IMG/VR virus record: IMGVR_UViG_3300028601_000024
DNA: 64,000 nucleotides
Direction: 5' to 3' (one strand)
Origin: an uncultured virus (IMG/VR IMGVR_UViG_3300028601_000024)
Lineage: Duplodnaviria; Heunggongvirae; Uroviricota; Caudoviricetes
Part shown: positions 19,911 to 30,133 of the stretch, piece by piece
Numbering within the stretch: the first letter of the stretch is position 1
Layout of the letters: each line of letters opens with the position of its first letter
The notes under the pieces: generated by a model
Told to the model about the DNA's origin: nothing
What the model saw: the letters and a program-made list of their open reading frames with translations, nothing else
Database searches by the model: none
Translations under genes and position numbers: made by a program

Positions 19911-20649
19911 TTATTTCCTCACTATATTCTATATCACAAAAACAATATTCATAATTACACATCATATTAAAATCTAAATTCAAACTATCAAGATATGTTA
20001 AACATTTATATAATTTATTATTATATAAATCATATGTTATTTGGTAATCCGATATTTTACAAATTTTGTTTTTTGATATATTCGTTAAGTTTTGCTTAGC
20101 TATCTCTGAATCTAATGTTCTACAATATTTAATATTTTCAATAGATTGTTGGGTAAAACAATTATTTTCTAGATAAAGTAGTGGTTCAACTGTTACTCTA
20201 TCAAAACTATTTTTTAATATAAAATAATTTAATAATGAATAATCTTTATTGATAGGAAGAATTATTTGATAAGATTTATTATATTTTTCTAGTAATTTTA
20301 TTTTTTTTATAAAAATACTTAGATCCATCTGATTATGATATGAGCATTTCCAGTGTACATCATAATCTAAAAATTCTTCAATATTGTGAGTATTTGTGTA
20401 AATAGATGTTGGAATCTTAGTATCTAATATTTCTTTTAAATTCTTACTCAAAGTGGGTTCTCCTCCCAATATGACCATTTCATTTATATTATATTCTCGT
20501 AGAACATTATAAAAATTATCCAATGATATTTTGTTTTCTATTATTTCATTGTTTTTAAATGTACAATAATCACATGTTAAATTACAATTTCTATTTATAA
20601 ATAATTCTAGTTTTTTCATTTGAAACATCCCGTATGCATATACATTCAT
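19903..20649 (-). CDS. Radical SAM protein
   Basis: CNLTCDYC, LGGEPT, YTN; C-terminal Cys cluster. Start probably MKKLELF at ~20620. Confidence 0.92.
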   Translation of the reverse strand: MNVYAYGMFQMKKLELFINRNCNLTCDYCTFKNNEIIENKISLDNFYNVLREYNINEMVILGGEPTLSKNLKEILDTKIPTSIYTNTHNIEEFLDYDVHWKCSYHNQMDLSIFIKKIKLLEKYNKSYQIILPINKDYSLLNYFILKNSFDRVTVEPLLYLENNCFTQQSIENIKYCRTLDSEIAKQNLTNISKNKICKISDYQITYDLYNNKLYKCLTYLDSLNLDFNMMCNYEYCFCDIEYSEEINV

Positions 20650-21436
20650 CTTTTGGGCATATTATTTTTTCCATCTTACATTTCATTTTTTTATTAGTAC
20701 AAAACTGATAAAAATCTGCACTGTTTACAGGAATAGTGTAACTCATCATAGTGCACTCCCAATGTTTAAAAAAATATAATTTTTGTAGATATGCATCAAC
20801 GTCATTTAAAAGAATAGATTCATTATTGTATTTCTTGAATAGTAGTTCACCTACACAATTAATTTTATTATTTAATAAAATTAAATATTCTTTTTCAATT
20901 TCAGATAACTGTACGTATTTATCTTCTTTATATTTTATATTTAAAATAAAATTAAAATCTAAATCTGTTATTTTATTTAACTCATCTATATAATTTATAT
21001 CGAATAATAATAAAATTGTTAAATTATATGATTTGTCCAAAGTTTGTATAAAATCGTCATATTTAATTTGGGAAGGATGGTATGTTACATTTAATTGTAA
21101 TTTTTCAACATTTATTACTTTTTTTGAACCATTTGTAATCAAATATATATTTTTTAAATTAGGAATATCATTTAATTGTTCAAGTATATAATTTATATGT
21201 GGATGTAATGTGGGTTCGCCACCTAGTATAGTAATATTAAAATATTCAGTCATGTTTCTCAAATTATCTAAAACCAATTCTATTATTTTTTTGTTTGAAA
21301 GCTTATTCCAATTTTCTTCATCTTCGCGCGCATAACAATATTCACATTTATAATTACATATAGTGTTTATTATCCAATGTATATTTAAAAATTTATTGTT
21401 ATTACTAATATTAATCTGTTGTGTTATATTTTTCAT
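20591..21436 (-). CDS. Radical SAM protein
   Basis: CNYKCEYC, LGGEPTLH, ITNGS; C-terminal WEC...FC...CPKDECIC. Confidence 0.93.
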   Translation of the reverse strand: MKNITQQINISNNNKFLNIHWIINTICNYKCEYCYAREDEENWNKLSNKKIIELVLDNLRNMTEYFNITILGGEPTLHPHINYILEQLNDIPNLKNIYLITNGSKKVINVEKLQLNVTYHPSQIKYDDFIQTLDKSYNLTILLLFDINYIDELNKITDLDFNFILNIKYKEDKYVQLSEIEKEYLILLNNKINCVGELLFKKYNNESILLNDVDAYLQKLYFFKHWECTMMSYTIPVNSADFYQFCTNKKMKCKMEKIICPKDECICIRDVSNEKTRIIYK

Positions 21437-22292
21437 CTGTTAAATTACCTGCACATAAACAATTATCCATTGGACATATAATTGAATGTTTATTATTTAT
21501 TTCTTCTATTGATATTTTTTCTTCTGTACATAATCGTTTAAATACCGATTCGTTAACAGGAATATAAAAATAATTATGATTACATGTCCATCCTTTAAAA
21601 TGATATTTATCTTTTAAAAAAACTTCGATATCATTTAAATATAAGCCTTCATCTGAATAATACATTTCTCTAGGTGGGTTATATGTTTTATTTAGATATT
21701 CTAATTTTAATAATTGATCTTCATTTAATTCATAATATTTATCTTTTTCAAATAATAAATTAACATAAAACATAAAATTATATTTTGTACAAAATTCTAA
21801 CATTTCAATAATATTTGAATAATGTGTATAATCGAATAATATTGTTATTGTTATTTTATGATTTTCTTTAATAAATAAACAAACTTCTTTGAATTTATCA
21901 ATATCTTTTACCTGGCTTGCATGATATGTAACATTAAATATGGTATTCTCATGTTTAGAAATAAATTCTTTACTAATAGAACCATTTGTAAAAATACTAA
22001 ATTGTATAAGATTCGGTAATTTATTTAATTTATCAAGAATATAAAAATATTTAGGATGTTTTGAAGGTTCTCCTCCTAGGAAAGCTACTTCGATCGGATG
22101 AGTTATTTGAGATAAGTTATCTATTACCTCATCTATAGTTTTTGTACTTGTTATCTTATTCCATTGAGATTCATTTGCTCTAGAGTAACAATATTCACAA
22201 TTATAATTACATATTGTAATTATGTCCCAGTGAAATATTTTTATATTTTTTTGCTTTGGGATTTGGCAAATTCTAGTCTGTGTATTTTTCAC
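21411..22292 (-). CDS. Radical SAM protein
   Basis: CNYNCEYC, LGGEPS, FTNGS; C-terminal WTC...LC...CPMDNCLC. Confidence 0.93.
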   Translation of the reverse strand: MKNTQTRICQIPKQKNIKIFHWDIITICNYNCEYCYSRANESQWNKITSTKTIDEVIDNLSQITHPIEVAFLGGEPSKHPKYFYILDKLNKLPNLIQFSIFTNGSISKEFISKHENTIFNVTYHASQVKDIDKFKEVCLFIKENHKITITILFDYTHYSNIIEMLEFCTKYNFMFYVNLLFEKDKYYELNEDQLLKLEYLNKTYNPPREMYYSDEGLYLNDIEVFLKDKYHFKGWTCNHNYFYIPVNESVFKRLCTEEKISIEEINNKHSIICPMDNCLCAGNLTDEKYNTTD

Positions 22293-23205
22293 TTGTTAAT
22301 TTTCCTTGACAAACACATTGTTTTAATGGACATTTCATAAAAAAATCTGTTTTATTTAATTCATCAATACTAATTTCACTCCAGCCACAAAATTTATTAA
22401 ATGTTGATTTTTCTACAGAGATTTGATAATTATTATTTCTACAATTCCAGTTGTGAAAATCGGATAAATCATTTAGGTAAACATCAATATCGTTTTGAAA
22501 AATTTCTCCATCTGGACCTGAATAAACCAATTCTTTTATTTCACCATATTTAATATTTAAATCATTTAATTTTTGCCTATATTCTTTATCTGTAATTGCA
22601 TATGCTTCAGAGGTATGGTCAAATATGATATTAAAATAGTAGCGAATATTGTGTTCTCTGCAGAATAATATAATTTCTTCTACCCCATAAAAATCATAAG
22701 CTAGCATAACATTAACATTTAATTTAAAATTATTTTGTCTTATGTATTTAATTGTTTCTTTAAATTTTTCAATATCTTTTATTTGACTCGAATGATATGT
22801 AATATTAAAATGAAACTTATCTTTATATTTTTCATGTTTATCTATAAATGAATTATCTTTATAGTCACCATTAGATATATTTCCAAACCCTACCAAATTT
22901 GGCAAATTGTATAATTTATCAAGAATATAAAAATATTTAGGATGTTTTGAGGGTTCTCCTCCTAACACAACTACTTCTATTTCACGTGTTATTTGAGATA
23001 AGTTATATATTACCTCATCTATAGTTTTTGTACTTGTTATCTTATTCCATTGAGATTCATTTGCTCTAGAGTAACAATATTCACAATTGTAATTACATAT
23101 TGTAATTATATCCCAGTGAAATCTACATGCATTGTCTTGACCAAACAAGGAATACTTATTTTCATCATAAAAATGATGATGTTTTTTGATTTGTCTATTA
23201 TACAT
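22273..23205 (-). CDS. Radical SAM protein
   Basis: CNYNCEYC, LGGEPS, ISNG; C-terminal WNC...FC...CPLKQCVC. Confidence 0.93.
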   Translation of the reverse strand: MYNRQIKKHHHFYDENKYSLFGQDNACRFHWDIITICNYNCEYCYSRANESQWNKITSTKTIDEVIYNLSQITREIEVVVLGGEPSKHPKYFYILDKLYNLPNLVGFGNISNGDYKDNSFIDKHEKYKDKFHFNITYHSSQIKDIEKFKETIKYIRQNNFKLNVNVMLAYDFYGVEEIILFCREHNIRYYFNIIFDHTSEAYAITDKEYRQKLNDLNIKYGEIKELVYSGPDGEIFQNDIDVYLNDLSDFHNWNCRNNNYQISVEKSTFNKFCGWSEISIDELNKTDFFMKCPLKQCVCQGKLTSEKYTD

Positions 23206-23854
23206 GTTGATCCTTAAATCTTTTATCTTTACAATATTGTTTATAACTTATATTATCCTTACCATCTGTTGTTTGAATAAATATTGGTTTATTTAACATT
23301 TTTACATTACCTCTTAAATTTTTAAAAAATTTATAATCATTATCTAAATAGTTTCCAGACATATATGTTGACACTGAACTTTTTTTAAAAATTATTTGAG
23401 ATAGTTGAAATTTAAATATTAATTTTTGATCTAGTGTTTTATGTAAATCTATATTATCTATTACTTTATTTGGAAATTTTTTAAAATGTTTCAAATAATT
23501 ATAAAATGAATTATCTGGTATAAAGGGACAATAAACAATATCTTCTGTTAAAAATTCTTCATAATTATTCATATTTGATGTACAATAATCATCATCCTCT
23601 AAAAAATATAAATATTCACCTGAACTTTTAGATATTAAAAAATTATAAATATCTGATAAATCATTTGATGATTTATAAAAATATTTTATATAAGGTAATT
23701 TTATTTCATCGATATCACGCGAATCATTATTTACAAGTATTTCTATATTTGGTAAATTTATTACTGATTCAATTGCTCTTTTAAACAAAAGAGGTCTATT
23801 GTGTGTAAGGATTAATATACTAAGTTTTATATTTTGTGAATTCGAGTCCGTCAT
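23198..23854 (-). CDS. Glycosyltransferase family 2 (GT-A)
   Basis: LSILILTHNRP, ILVNND, GEYLYFLEDDD. Confidence 0.88.
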   Translation of the reverse strand: MTDSNSQNIKLSILILTHNRPLLFKRAIESVINLPNIEILVNNDSRDIDEIKLPYIKYFYKSSNDLSDIYNFLISKSSGEYLYFLEDDDYCTSNMNNYEEFLTEDIVYCPFIPDNSFYNYLKHFKKFPNKVIDNIDLHKTLDQKLIFKFQLSQIIFKKSSVSTYMSGNYLDNDYKFFKNLRGNVKMLNKPIFIQTTDGKDNISYKQYCKDKRFKDQHV

Positions 23855-24785
23855 AACATGCCTTATTTAAACAGAATATGTCAGTTTTTAAAAAATCTTC
23901 AAAATCAATATCTAATTCATATACATTTATATTGTTTGTAAAATCATCATTACAGTGATATACTTTTAAATTATGATCAATTACAATATTTTTTGATCCG
24001 CATTGACATTTCATAAATCTAAATTGTTTATTTATATCTTGATCTAATACGTCTGCAAAATTTAAAACCTTATCATCAATTTGAAAATTAAAACCTTGTT
24101 CTAAATAATTTAACATTTGAGGATATTTTTTGCTAAAATATCTATATTCAAAATGAAGTAAATCACCTAGAGGATATCCTTCTTTATATGTGGAAATTTC
24201 CGTAAATCTCATCTTTACTTTTAATGGAAAATTATTTATCAATTCATAAAATTCTTTTATGAATTGTTCTTCATTTAAATAATCTGTGTTTACAAAAATA
24301 TTTCCTAATATATTATATTTTTCCAATATTTTTAATTTTTTTATAAATTCTTCAATTTTTTGTTTTCCAAAATGATACGATACACATAGTTCGGTGGGTT
24401 TATTTTGGACTTCTTTTGCAAATTGAATCAATCGTTTATATGATAAACTTAAGTTTGTTTGAGTTTGAATATATAAATTAGATTCTTTAAAAATATCAAT
24501 TAATTTATAAACCATATTTTCCCATTGGGAATGTAATGTTGGTTCACCTCCATAAAAATAAATAAATACCTTTTTATTTTTATAGTTATTAGAAATACTT
24601 TTTAATTTTGACATTACTGTGTAAATATCTTGTTGACTCCACTCTGTTGTGTCATTGTCAAATTCTGAACAAAACCAGCATTGCTGATTACATTTAAAGG
24701 TTGGTTTTAATGTAATTTTTAAATCAAAGCTAGGATATTCATCTGTTTCAATAATTTCAAATTTTTTCATATAAATACTTTTCAT
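23820..24785 (-). CDS. Radical SAM protein
   Basis: CNQQCWFC, YGGEPTLH, QTN; C-terminal C..G...VYHC...CLNKAC (twitch-like). Confidence 0.93.
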   Translation of the reverse strand: MKSIYMKKFEIIETDEYPSFDLKITLKPTFKCNQQCWFCSEFDNDTTEWSQQDIYTVMSKLKSISNNYKNKKVFIYFYGGEPTLHSQWENMVYKLIDIFKESNLYIQTQTNLSLSYKRLIQFAKEVQNKPTELCVSYHFGKQKIEEFIKKLKILEKYNILGNIFVNTDYLNEEQFIKEFYELINNFPLKVKMRFTEISTYKEGYPLGDLLHFEYRYFSKKYPQMLNYLEQGFNFQIDDKVLNFADVLDQDINKQFRFMKCQCGSKNIVIDHNLKVYHCNDDFTNNINVYELDIDFEDFLKTDIFCLNKACYDGLEFTKYKT

Positions 24786-25768
24786 CTTCTAAATTCCATA
24801 ATATTTTCAACTGGTTTTCCTGAGTATGGAAATACTTTATTATGTTGATTATTATATTCTAGTCCATCACAAATATATTTTAAACTGCAATTGAGACACT
24901 CTATCGGTTTTGTATAACTCATTTTTCGATTAATATATGCTTGATTAAACATTGACTCAATAGTTGGAACATTTTCTAAATCACCGTACGCGCTTATATT
25001 CCAATCTCTTTGGTCAAATACGTGTTGATATATTCCACATACATATTTCTCATAACCTTTCATGTAACAAAAAGGAATATATCTAACATTAATCTCAAGA
25101 TCTTTATCGTTGATATTATTTATTATTTTCTTTATATGACCACTAATCTTATGATAATCAATACCTTTTAAATTTTTAGCCTGTTCCCAATTATTTAAAG
25201 GTAGAAGATTCAATTGTTTAATATTTAAATTATTGATAGTTATTATAAAATTCTCTGTATCAAAATCTTCATCAATGGTTGTATTAATTCGACAATATAA
25301 ATCATTATTAATAGCTAAATTAATAGCATACATTATCTTTTTAAATGCCCCAGCGTGTCCAACATTCTTATCATGACTAATATGAGTTCCACCATGTAAA
25401 CTAAATAATATTTCTCGTAGTCCAAATAATTTACTTTTTTCTATAAATGGTGGATAACAAAGCATGCTCCCATTACTTAAACAACTTACATATATTCCTA
25501 ACTTTTGACAATATTCTAGAATTTTAAACCAGTCTTGATGAATAGTGCTTTCACCTCCACTCAAGTCTAATTGTCTAAAACCTAAATCATATAATTTATC
25601 GATTCTTTGTTTTATAATATCAAAACTTGTTTTAATGTGGAGTTTATCTAAATAATAACAGAAGTAACATTTGTAATTACAATGAGTGCCTGTATCCAAT
25701 TTCGCTCTAGGACATACTGGATCATATGTCGCTGGAATCTTAGGACGTATAATATTATTTAAATTCAT
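24782..25768 (-). CDS. Radical SAM protein with C-terminal Cys cluster
   Basis: CNYKCYFC, SGGE, LSNG, YIPFC, CLNCSLKYICDG. Confidence 0.93.
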   Translation of the reverse strand: MNLNNIIRPKIPATYDPVCPRAKLDTGTHCNYKCYFCYYLDKLHIKTSFDIIKQRIDKLYDLGFRQLDLSGGESTIHQDWFKILEYCQKLGIYVSCLSNGSMLCYPPFIEKSKLFGLREILFSLHGGTHISHDKNVGHAGAFKKIMYAINLAINNDLYCRINTTIDEDFDTENFIITINNLNIKQLNLLPLNNWEQAKNLKGIDYHKISGHIKKIINNINDKDLEINVRYIPFCYMKGYEKYVCGIYQHVFDQRDWNISAYGDLENVPTIESMFNQAYINRKMSYTKPIECLNCSLKYICDGLEYNNQHNKVFPYSGKPVENIMEFRR

Positions 25769-26640
25769 AATATTCCTTTTAATATTTGTATTATTTGATC
25801 ATCTTGTTTTAAATATAGGCTATCAAAATCATTTTTAATATCATATACTCTATAGTAAAGACCTAAATCTTGTTTAATATCATAATCAATATCAAATATG
25901 ATTTTTTTATTATAGTATTTACATTCTGCTAAGAATCGAGGACTACAATCCCAAACTCTAGGAACACTGGTATAAATATAAGTATCAAATAATTCAAATA
26001 AATTATTTACAGGGGGTCTATATATTTCAACATTTGATGGTGTATCATAATATGAATTGGTTACTAAAATATAATTTTTATCGGTATCTAAATTTTTTAA
26101 ATAACTAGTTGATATCGGTCGACAATTACTAGTACCATACAGTAAAGTATTATTGTATGATTTATCAATTGGTTTAAATTTATCAAAATATATTTTCTTC
26201 TTATAATCTATTGACGTAATATCATTTGAATCATAAAGTCTTTCATCTTGGAGATACATAAATCTTTTATCATAAGGTTGTTGGCAACTAAATGCTAATA
26301 AATTATTCACTAAAAAAGTTACATTATCTAGTAAATTACTACCTCCATCGACCACTAAGATATTTGTGCTTCTAATTAATGTAGGTGTGCTTCCCTTATT
26401 AAAAACGATACGTGATAAAATATGTTGAATTTCATCATATGTTAAATTGTATTTATTTAAGCATTGTTCAATAATATTTGAGTCATATTCACATAAGAAT
26501 ATTCCAACATTGAAATGTTTATTAAGTATCATAAAATATTCTAGTAATTCAAAAGTGTGTCCACACACTCCGTGAGTAGAAACAGGTCCCCAACTCATTG
26601 TTAAATACAGATCATAATCTAATAATGTTTCAATTTTCAT
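25765..26640 (-). CDS. Hypothetical protein, possible GT-B glycosyltransferase-like
   Basis: FDTYIYTS...DCSPRFLAECKYYNKKI resembles the GT-B C-terminal E-x7-E region; paralogue of 26630..27418. Confidence 0.4.
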   Translation of the reverse strand: MKIETLLDYDLYLTMSWGPVSTHGVCGHTFELLEYFMILNKHFNVGIFLCEYDSNIIEQCLNKYNLTYDEIQHILSRIVFNKGSTPTLIRSTNILVVDGGSNLLDNVTFLVNNLLAFSCQQPYDKRFMYLQDERLYDSNDITSIDYKKKIYFDKFKPIDKSYNNTLLYGTSNCRPISTSYLKNLDTDKNYILVTNSYYDTPSNVEIYRPPVNNLFELFDTYIYTSVPRVWDCSPRFLAECKYYNKKIIFDIDYDIKQDLGLYYRVYDIKNDFDSLYLKQDDQIIQILKGIL

Positions 26641-27418
26641 TATTTCCTCTCATAGCTTTTACAATTGAACATGATTCACTTATTTGATACTTATCTAAAT
26701 CACCATTTAATAAATCACGATATCTGCTCATTACACTATCATTTACGTTACAATCTTGAATAATCTGTATCTCTTTATTATAGAAAAAGGATTCAATTAA
26801 TATACGATTATTTGTATCCCTGCTAGTATGCACATACACCAGTTTAGTAAAAATATTAAAAATATTATTAGTTATATTGTTTGAATTTTTGTAAATTATA
26901 GGATGTTCAATATTTAATTTATCTACTAAATATTTTATTTTATTATTATATGAAACATAGCTAACATAAATAGTAGGAGTCGTAGGAGTTGTTAATATTT
27001 TAAAGATTTTTAGATTAAGTTTTAAGTCACATTTTATATCATGAGGTTGATAAGAATAATTTCCAAAATAGGTAACTTCTCTAGAGTCATTATACCTAAA
27101 CATATCATGTTCAATATTACTAAATACAAATATTTTATTTGTCAAAAAATATTTACATTTATTAAAAGAATGTAAATCAAGGACAAGAGTTTTACTCAAC
27201 TGTAATGTATACAGTTGAGTAATTGTTATAAATTTAATATTTAATGTTGGGTTATGATATTTATCATTGAAAGCATCTAATACTTTTTCGTGTTCACTGC
27301 AATTTATTATATATAACGGAATTTTTAAATATTCACTATATTCATAAGCATAATAAAGGGAACCATTTATCTGATTATGATTATTCCAGTAGAATACTAC
27401 TCCCTTATTTTTGACCAT
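26630..27418 (-). CDS. Hypothetical protein, possible GT-B glycosyltransferase-like
   Basis: FTKLVYVHTSRDTNNRILIESFFYNKEI aligns with its neighbour; both have an N-terminal G...EY motif. Confidence 0.4.
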   Translation of the reverse strand: MVKNKGVVFYWNNHNQINGSLYYAYEYSEYLKIPLYIINCSEHEKVLDAFNDKYHNPTLNIKFITITQLYTLQLSKTLVLDLHSFNKCKYFLTNKIFVFSNIEHDMFRYNDSREVTYFGNYSYQPHDIKCDLKLNLKIFKILTTPTTPTIYVSYVSYNNKIKYLVDKLNIEHPIIYKNSNNITNNIFNIFTKLVYVHTSRDTNNRILIESFFYNKEIQIIQDCNVNDSVMSRYRDLLNGDLDKYQISESCSIVKAMRGNNEN

Positions 27419-28064
27419 CTATTACAGCTTCCATAAATTTTGTAAATATTTGCAAAATTTTTGTATTACTATCTGAATTATTTATATCTAAGTATAACTT
27501 TCTATATTTTTGTTCTAATATACTAGCTCGTTCAATTACTTCTCTTGCGCTTAAATACAATTCTAATTTTTCAATTAATAATTCATCACCTGTTTCTAAT
27601 ATTTCTAAATATTTTTCTTCTCTGTTATCATCATGGATAAAAAATCCTTTATCGCATAAATAGTTATTTATCACAATAAACTCATACATTTGCAACCCAC
27701 TCACAACTGCTTGTTGATGATTAACCATTTGTCGAGCTTTTTGTAAATAAAGTAGTTTATAATTTTTCAATTCATCTGTATCAACTACTATTAAATCTTT
27801 AGGAAGTACTTCCGCGTCAAAATCTTTGATAATTCTTACAATTTTATTTTGCTCTAGGGCTTTCAAAATTAAAGTATAAGCAATATTATTTAATTTTACA
27901 TATTTTTCATTATTTATAAAATCTTGCATCATATTACTCAGAACATTCTGTACTTGATAATAATCGCCACAATCCAATACACTTGCAATATAGAAAACAT
28001 TCATTTTATAATGTTGTTCAATTTTATTTTCTAACTCAATTAATTCTTGTTTTTCATTTTCCAT
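27405..28064 (-). CDS. Hypothetical helical protein
   Basis: 219 aa, overlapping the stop of the Cys-rich S74 protein. Confidence 0.6.
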   Translation of the reverse strand: MENEKQELIELENKIEQHYKMNVFYIASVLDCGDYYQVQNVLSNMMQDFINNEKYVKLNNIAYTLILKALEQNKIVRIIKDFDAEVLPKDLIVVDTDELKNYKLLYLQKARQMVNHQQAVVSGLQMYEFIVINNYLCDKGFFIHDDNREEKYLEILETGDELLIEKLELYLSAREVIERASILEQKYRKLYLDINNSDSNTKILQIFTKFMEAVIDGQK

Positions 28065-29022
28065 TATATTTTCCTTCTAATGCATCTAATCTATCCATTA
28101 ATTGATCAATTAATAGTTGTTGTTCATTTAATCTATTGTTTTGATATTGAACTGTTTTAATCAACATGGGTGTAAATTTTGAATAATCAACTGCTAAATA
28201 TTCTTCTTTTTGTATAACTAAATCATATAAACCATCATCCAATAACTCTTGAGCTATAACACCATATTGTAATGTTTTATCAGGTATCGAATCGTTATAA
28301 TAATATCTGTATGTATTAATATTTAATAGTTTATAAACTATTGAATTATCTAATTGCTGAATATCTTTTTTTAATCTAATATCACTATAGTTACATCCAC
28401 AATTGTAATTACAAACACAAACATAGTTGCATCCACAATCAGAATGACATCTACAACTATTAATTATTAAATGATATGCTTGTACTAAATCATTATGAAA
28501 TTCGCTAGTGATCACAGTGCTAGTTGAAACAGTATCAATTGAATCTATACTAGCAATATTAGATTGACCTCTAAATTGCATTATTTTATTTCGAACATCA
28601 TTCCATTCAGTTTGACCAATAACACTTCTTGGTGCTTTACTTGTGTTTGATAACACACTTGTATAGATTTGACCATTCCCACTCTTATTCCAAAAATTAC
28701 TAACACTTCTCATTGAATGACGTAAAGCGTTTATTTCTTTTGCAAATATATATCGACCAGTGCTTGTTGTATTCAATATTTTAAAACTTCCAGTGTTATT
28801 TTGTTGCTTATGTGTTAAACAACCACCTTGTGTAGCAGTTCTATCTGGTGAACCACTTCCTTTATACGCAGATCCTTGACCTGGTATAACTCCTGCAGTA
28901 CTAGGTATAAATGATTGAAATGGTTGGTCCACATAATATGTTATTCCATCATGTGGATTAACTGCGTCTCCCACCTCAACTGTTTTTGGAAAATTATTTG
29001 TGCCAATATTAAGTTGTGCCAT
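28054..29022 (-). CDS. Short fibre/spike-like protein with (CxCxxx)4 Cys-rich motif and C-terminal S74 intramolecular chaperone
   Basis: CRCHSDCGCNYVCVCNYNCGCNY directly followed by SDIRLKKDI...YGVIAQEL...VDYSKFTPMLIKTVQ and a coiled coil (classic S74 ICA motifs). Confidence 0.88.
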   Translation of the reverse strand: MAQLNIGTNNFPKTVEVGDAVNPHDGITYYVDQPFQSFIPSTAGVIPGQGSAYKGSGSPDRTATQGGCLTHKQQNNTGSFKILNTTSTGRYIFAKEINALRHSMRSVSNFWNKSGNGQIYTSVLSNTSKAPRSVIGQTEWNDVRNKIMQFRGQSNIASIDSIDTVSTSTVITSEFHNDLVQAYHLIINSCRCHSDCGCNYVCVCNYNCGCNYSDIRLKKDIQQLDNSIVYKLLNINTYRYYYNDSIPDKTLQYGVIAQELLDDGLYDLVIQKEEYLAVDYSKFTPMLIKTVQYQNNRLNEQQLLIDQLMDRLDALEGKYNGK

Positions 29023-30133
29023 ATTGTTCCTTTATATATTTTTTATAAGTTCTGTGAATTTCACCAAATGTTTGATATACTCTACAAAGATCAGATTTTG
29101 GATCATGATACTTTTCATTATATGTCGATTTGTTGGATACACTATATTGAACAGTCGGGCACTGATAACACACTGTAGCAACACATGATTCGCAGCTTTC
29201 CGGAACATGTAATAATTCTTTATGTAAGTTCTGCATGCTTATTAATTGTTTTAAAAAATCTTCATTGTATATATTTGAATGAACTAAATCTTTCTTATCC
29301 GGGCTATATAAAGCTCCATGGCAAACACTTAGATTTCCATCCAAATCTATATTTGCAATATTTAAACCAGCACTACAAATAGCTTTTTGAGTTGTAGATG
29401 CATTATACCAACTTAAAACATTTCTCTTATATTTAGAATAATGTTCAATTTCTAATTTTGTAATTAATAAAAATTGTTTTCTAATTTTTTGAATAAAATC
29501 GTCGGTTATCTGATAAGTTTGTGTATATTCTAATGTCGGTGCCCAAACCAAATCATGGAATTCATCTTGAATACTTTTAAAATGATGCCATTGATCAATC
29601 ATATTTTGTAAATCGTTTACCATCATAGTGGCTTTAAGACTAATTTGAACAGGATATTTATTTTTTAAATATCTTAAAGTACTTAAGACTCTTTCGCTAG
29701 TGCCTTTACCTTGATGATCTACTCGTTCTTTATCATTATATAACCCATCATAACTTATTTGAAAACTTATTCTATTTAAATCAATATATTGTTTTGCGTA
29801 TAGGATGATTCCCTCAATATTTAAAGTATTTAATCCATTTGTGTAACTGAAAAAATCTACAGGACAATCTTTAAATTCAAATATTAATCTTTTAATCATT
29901 TTAAAATTTAAAGTAGGTTCGCCACCCCAAAATTCTAAAATAATTCCAGAGTATTGTGACATAAATGTTTCATCATTTAACATATCATGAACTCTTTGAA
30001 TAATTTGATCTGTATTATCTTGTCTTTTATTGTTTTGAAGTTCTTCTCCTTCGAAACAATAACTACATGCCATATCACAACGTTGAGTAGTTGTCACTTC
30101 TAAATTAAACTTCATCTGATCCCAAAATCTCAT
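29009..30133 (-). CDS. Radical SAM/SPASM domain protein (peptide-maturase-like)
   Basis: CDMACSYC, FWGGEPT, TNG, ISYDG; SPASM region CSAG...VCH...CESCVATVCYQC...C. Confidence 0.92.
   Translation of the reverse strand: MRFWDQMKFNLEVTTTQRCDMACSYCFEGEELQNNKRQDNTDQIIQRVHDMLNDETFMSQYSGIILEFWGGEPTLNFKMIKRLIFEFKDCPVDFFSYTNGLNTLNIEGIILYAKQYIDLNRISFQISYDGLYNDKERVDHQGKGTSERVLSTLRYLKNKYPVQISLKATMMVNDLQNMIDQWHHFKSIQDEFHDLVWAPTLEYTQTYQITDDFIQKIRKQFLLITKLEIEHYSKYKRNVLSWYNASTTQKAICSAGLNIANIDLDGNLSVCHGALYSPDKKDLVHSNIYNEDFLKQLISMQNLHKELLHVPESCESCVATVCYQCPTVQYSVSNKSTYNEKYHDPKSDLCRVYQTFGEIHRTYKKYIKEQYGTT

Noticed and set aside
22027..23122. DGR TR/VR pair
   Set aside because: Both copies are at the 5' ends of intact paralogous genes, mismatches are not confined to adenines, and no RT gene is seen.
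16716..24785. Recent horizontal acquisition suggested by apparently lower GC
   Set aside because: The block looks more AT-rich by eye, but I cannot compute GC or codon statistics, so it is not claimed.
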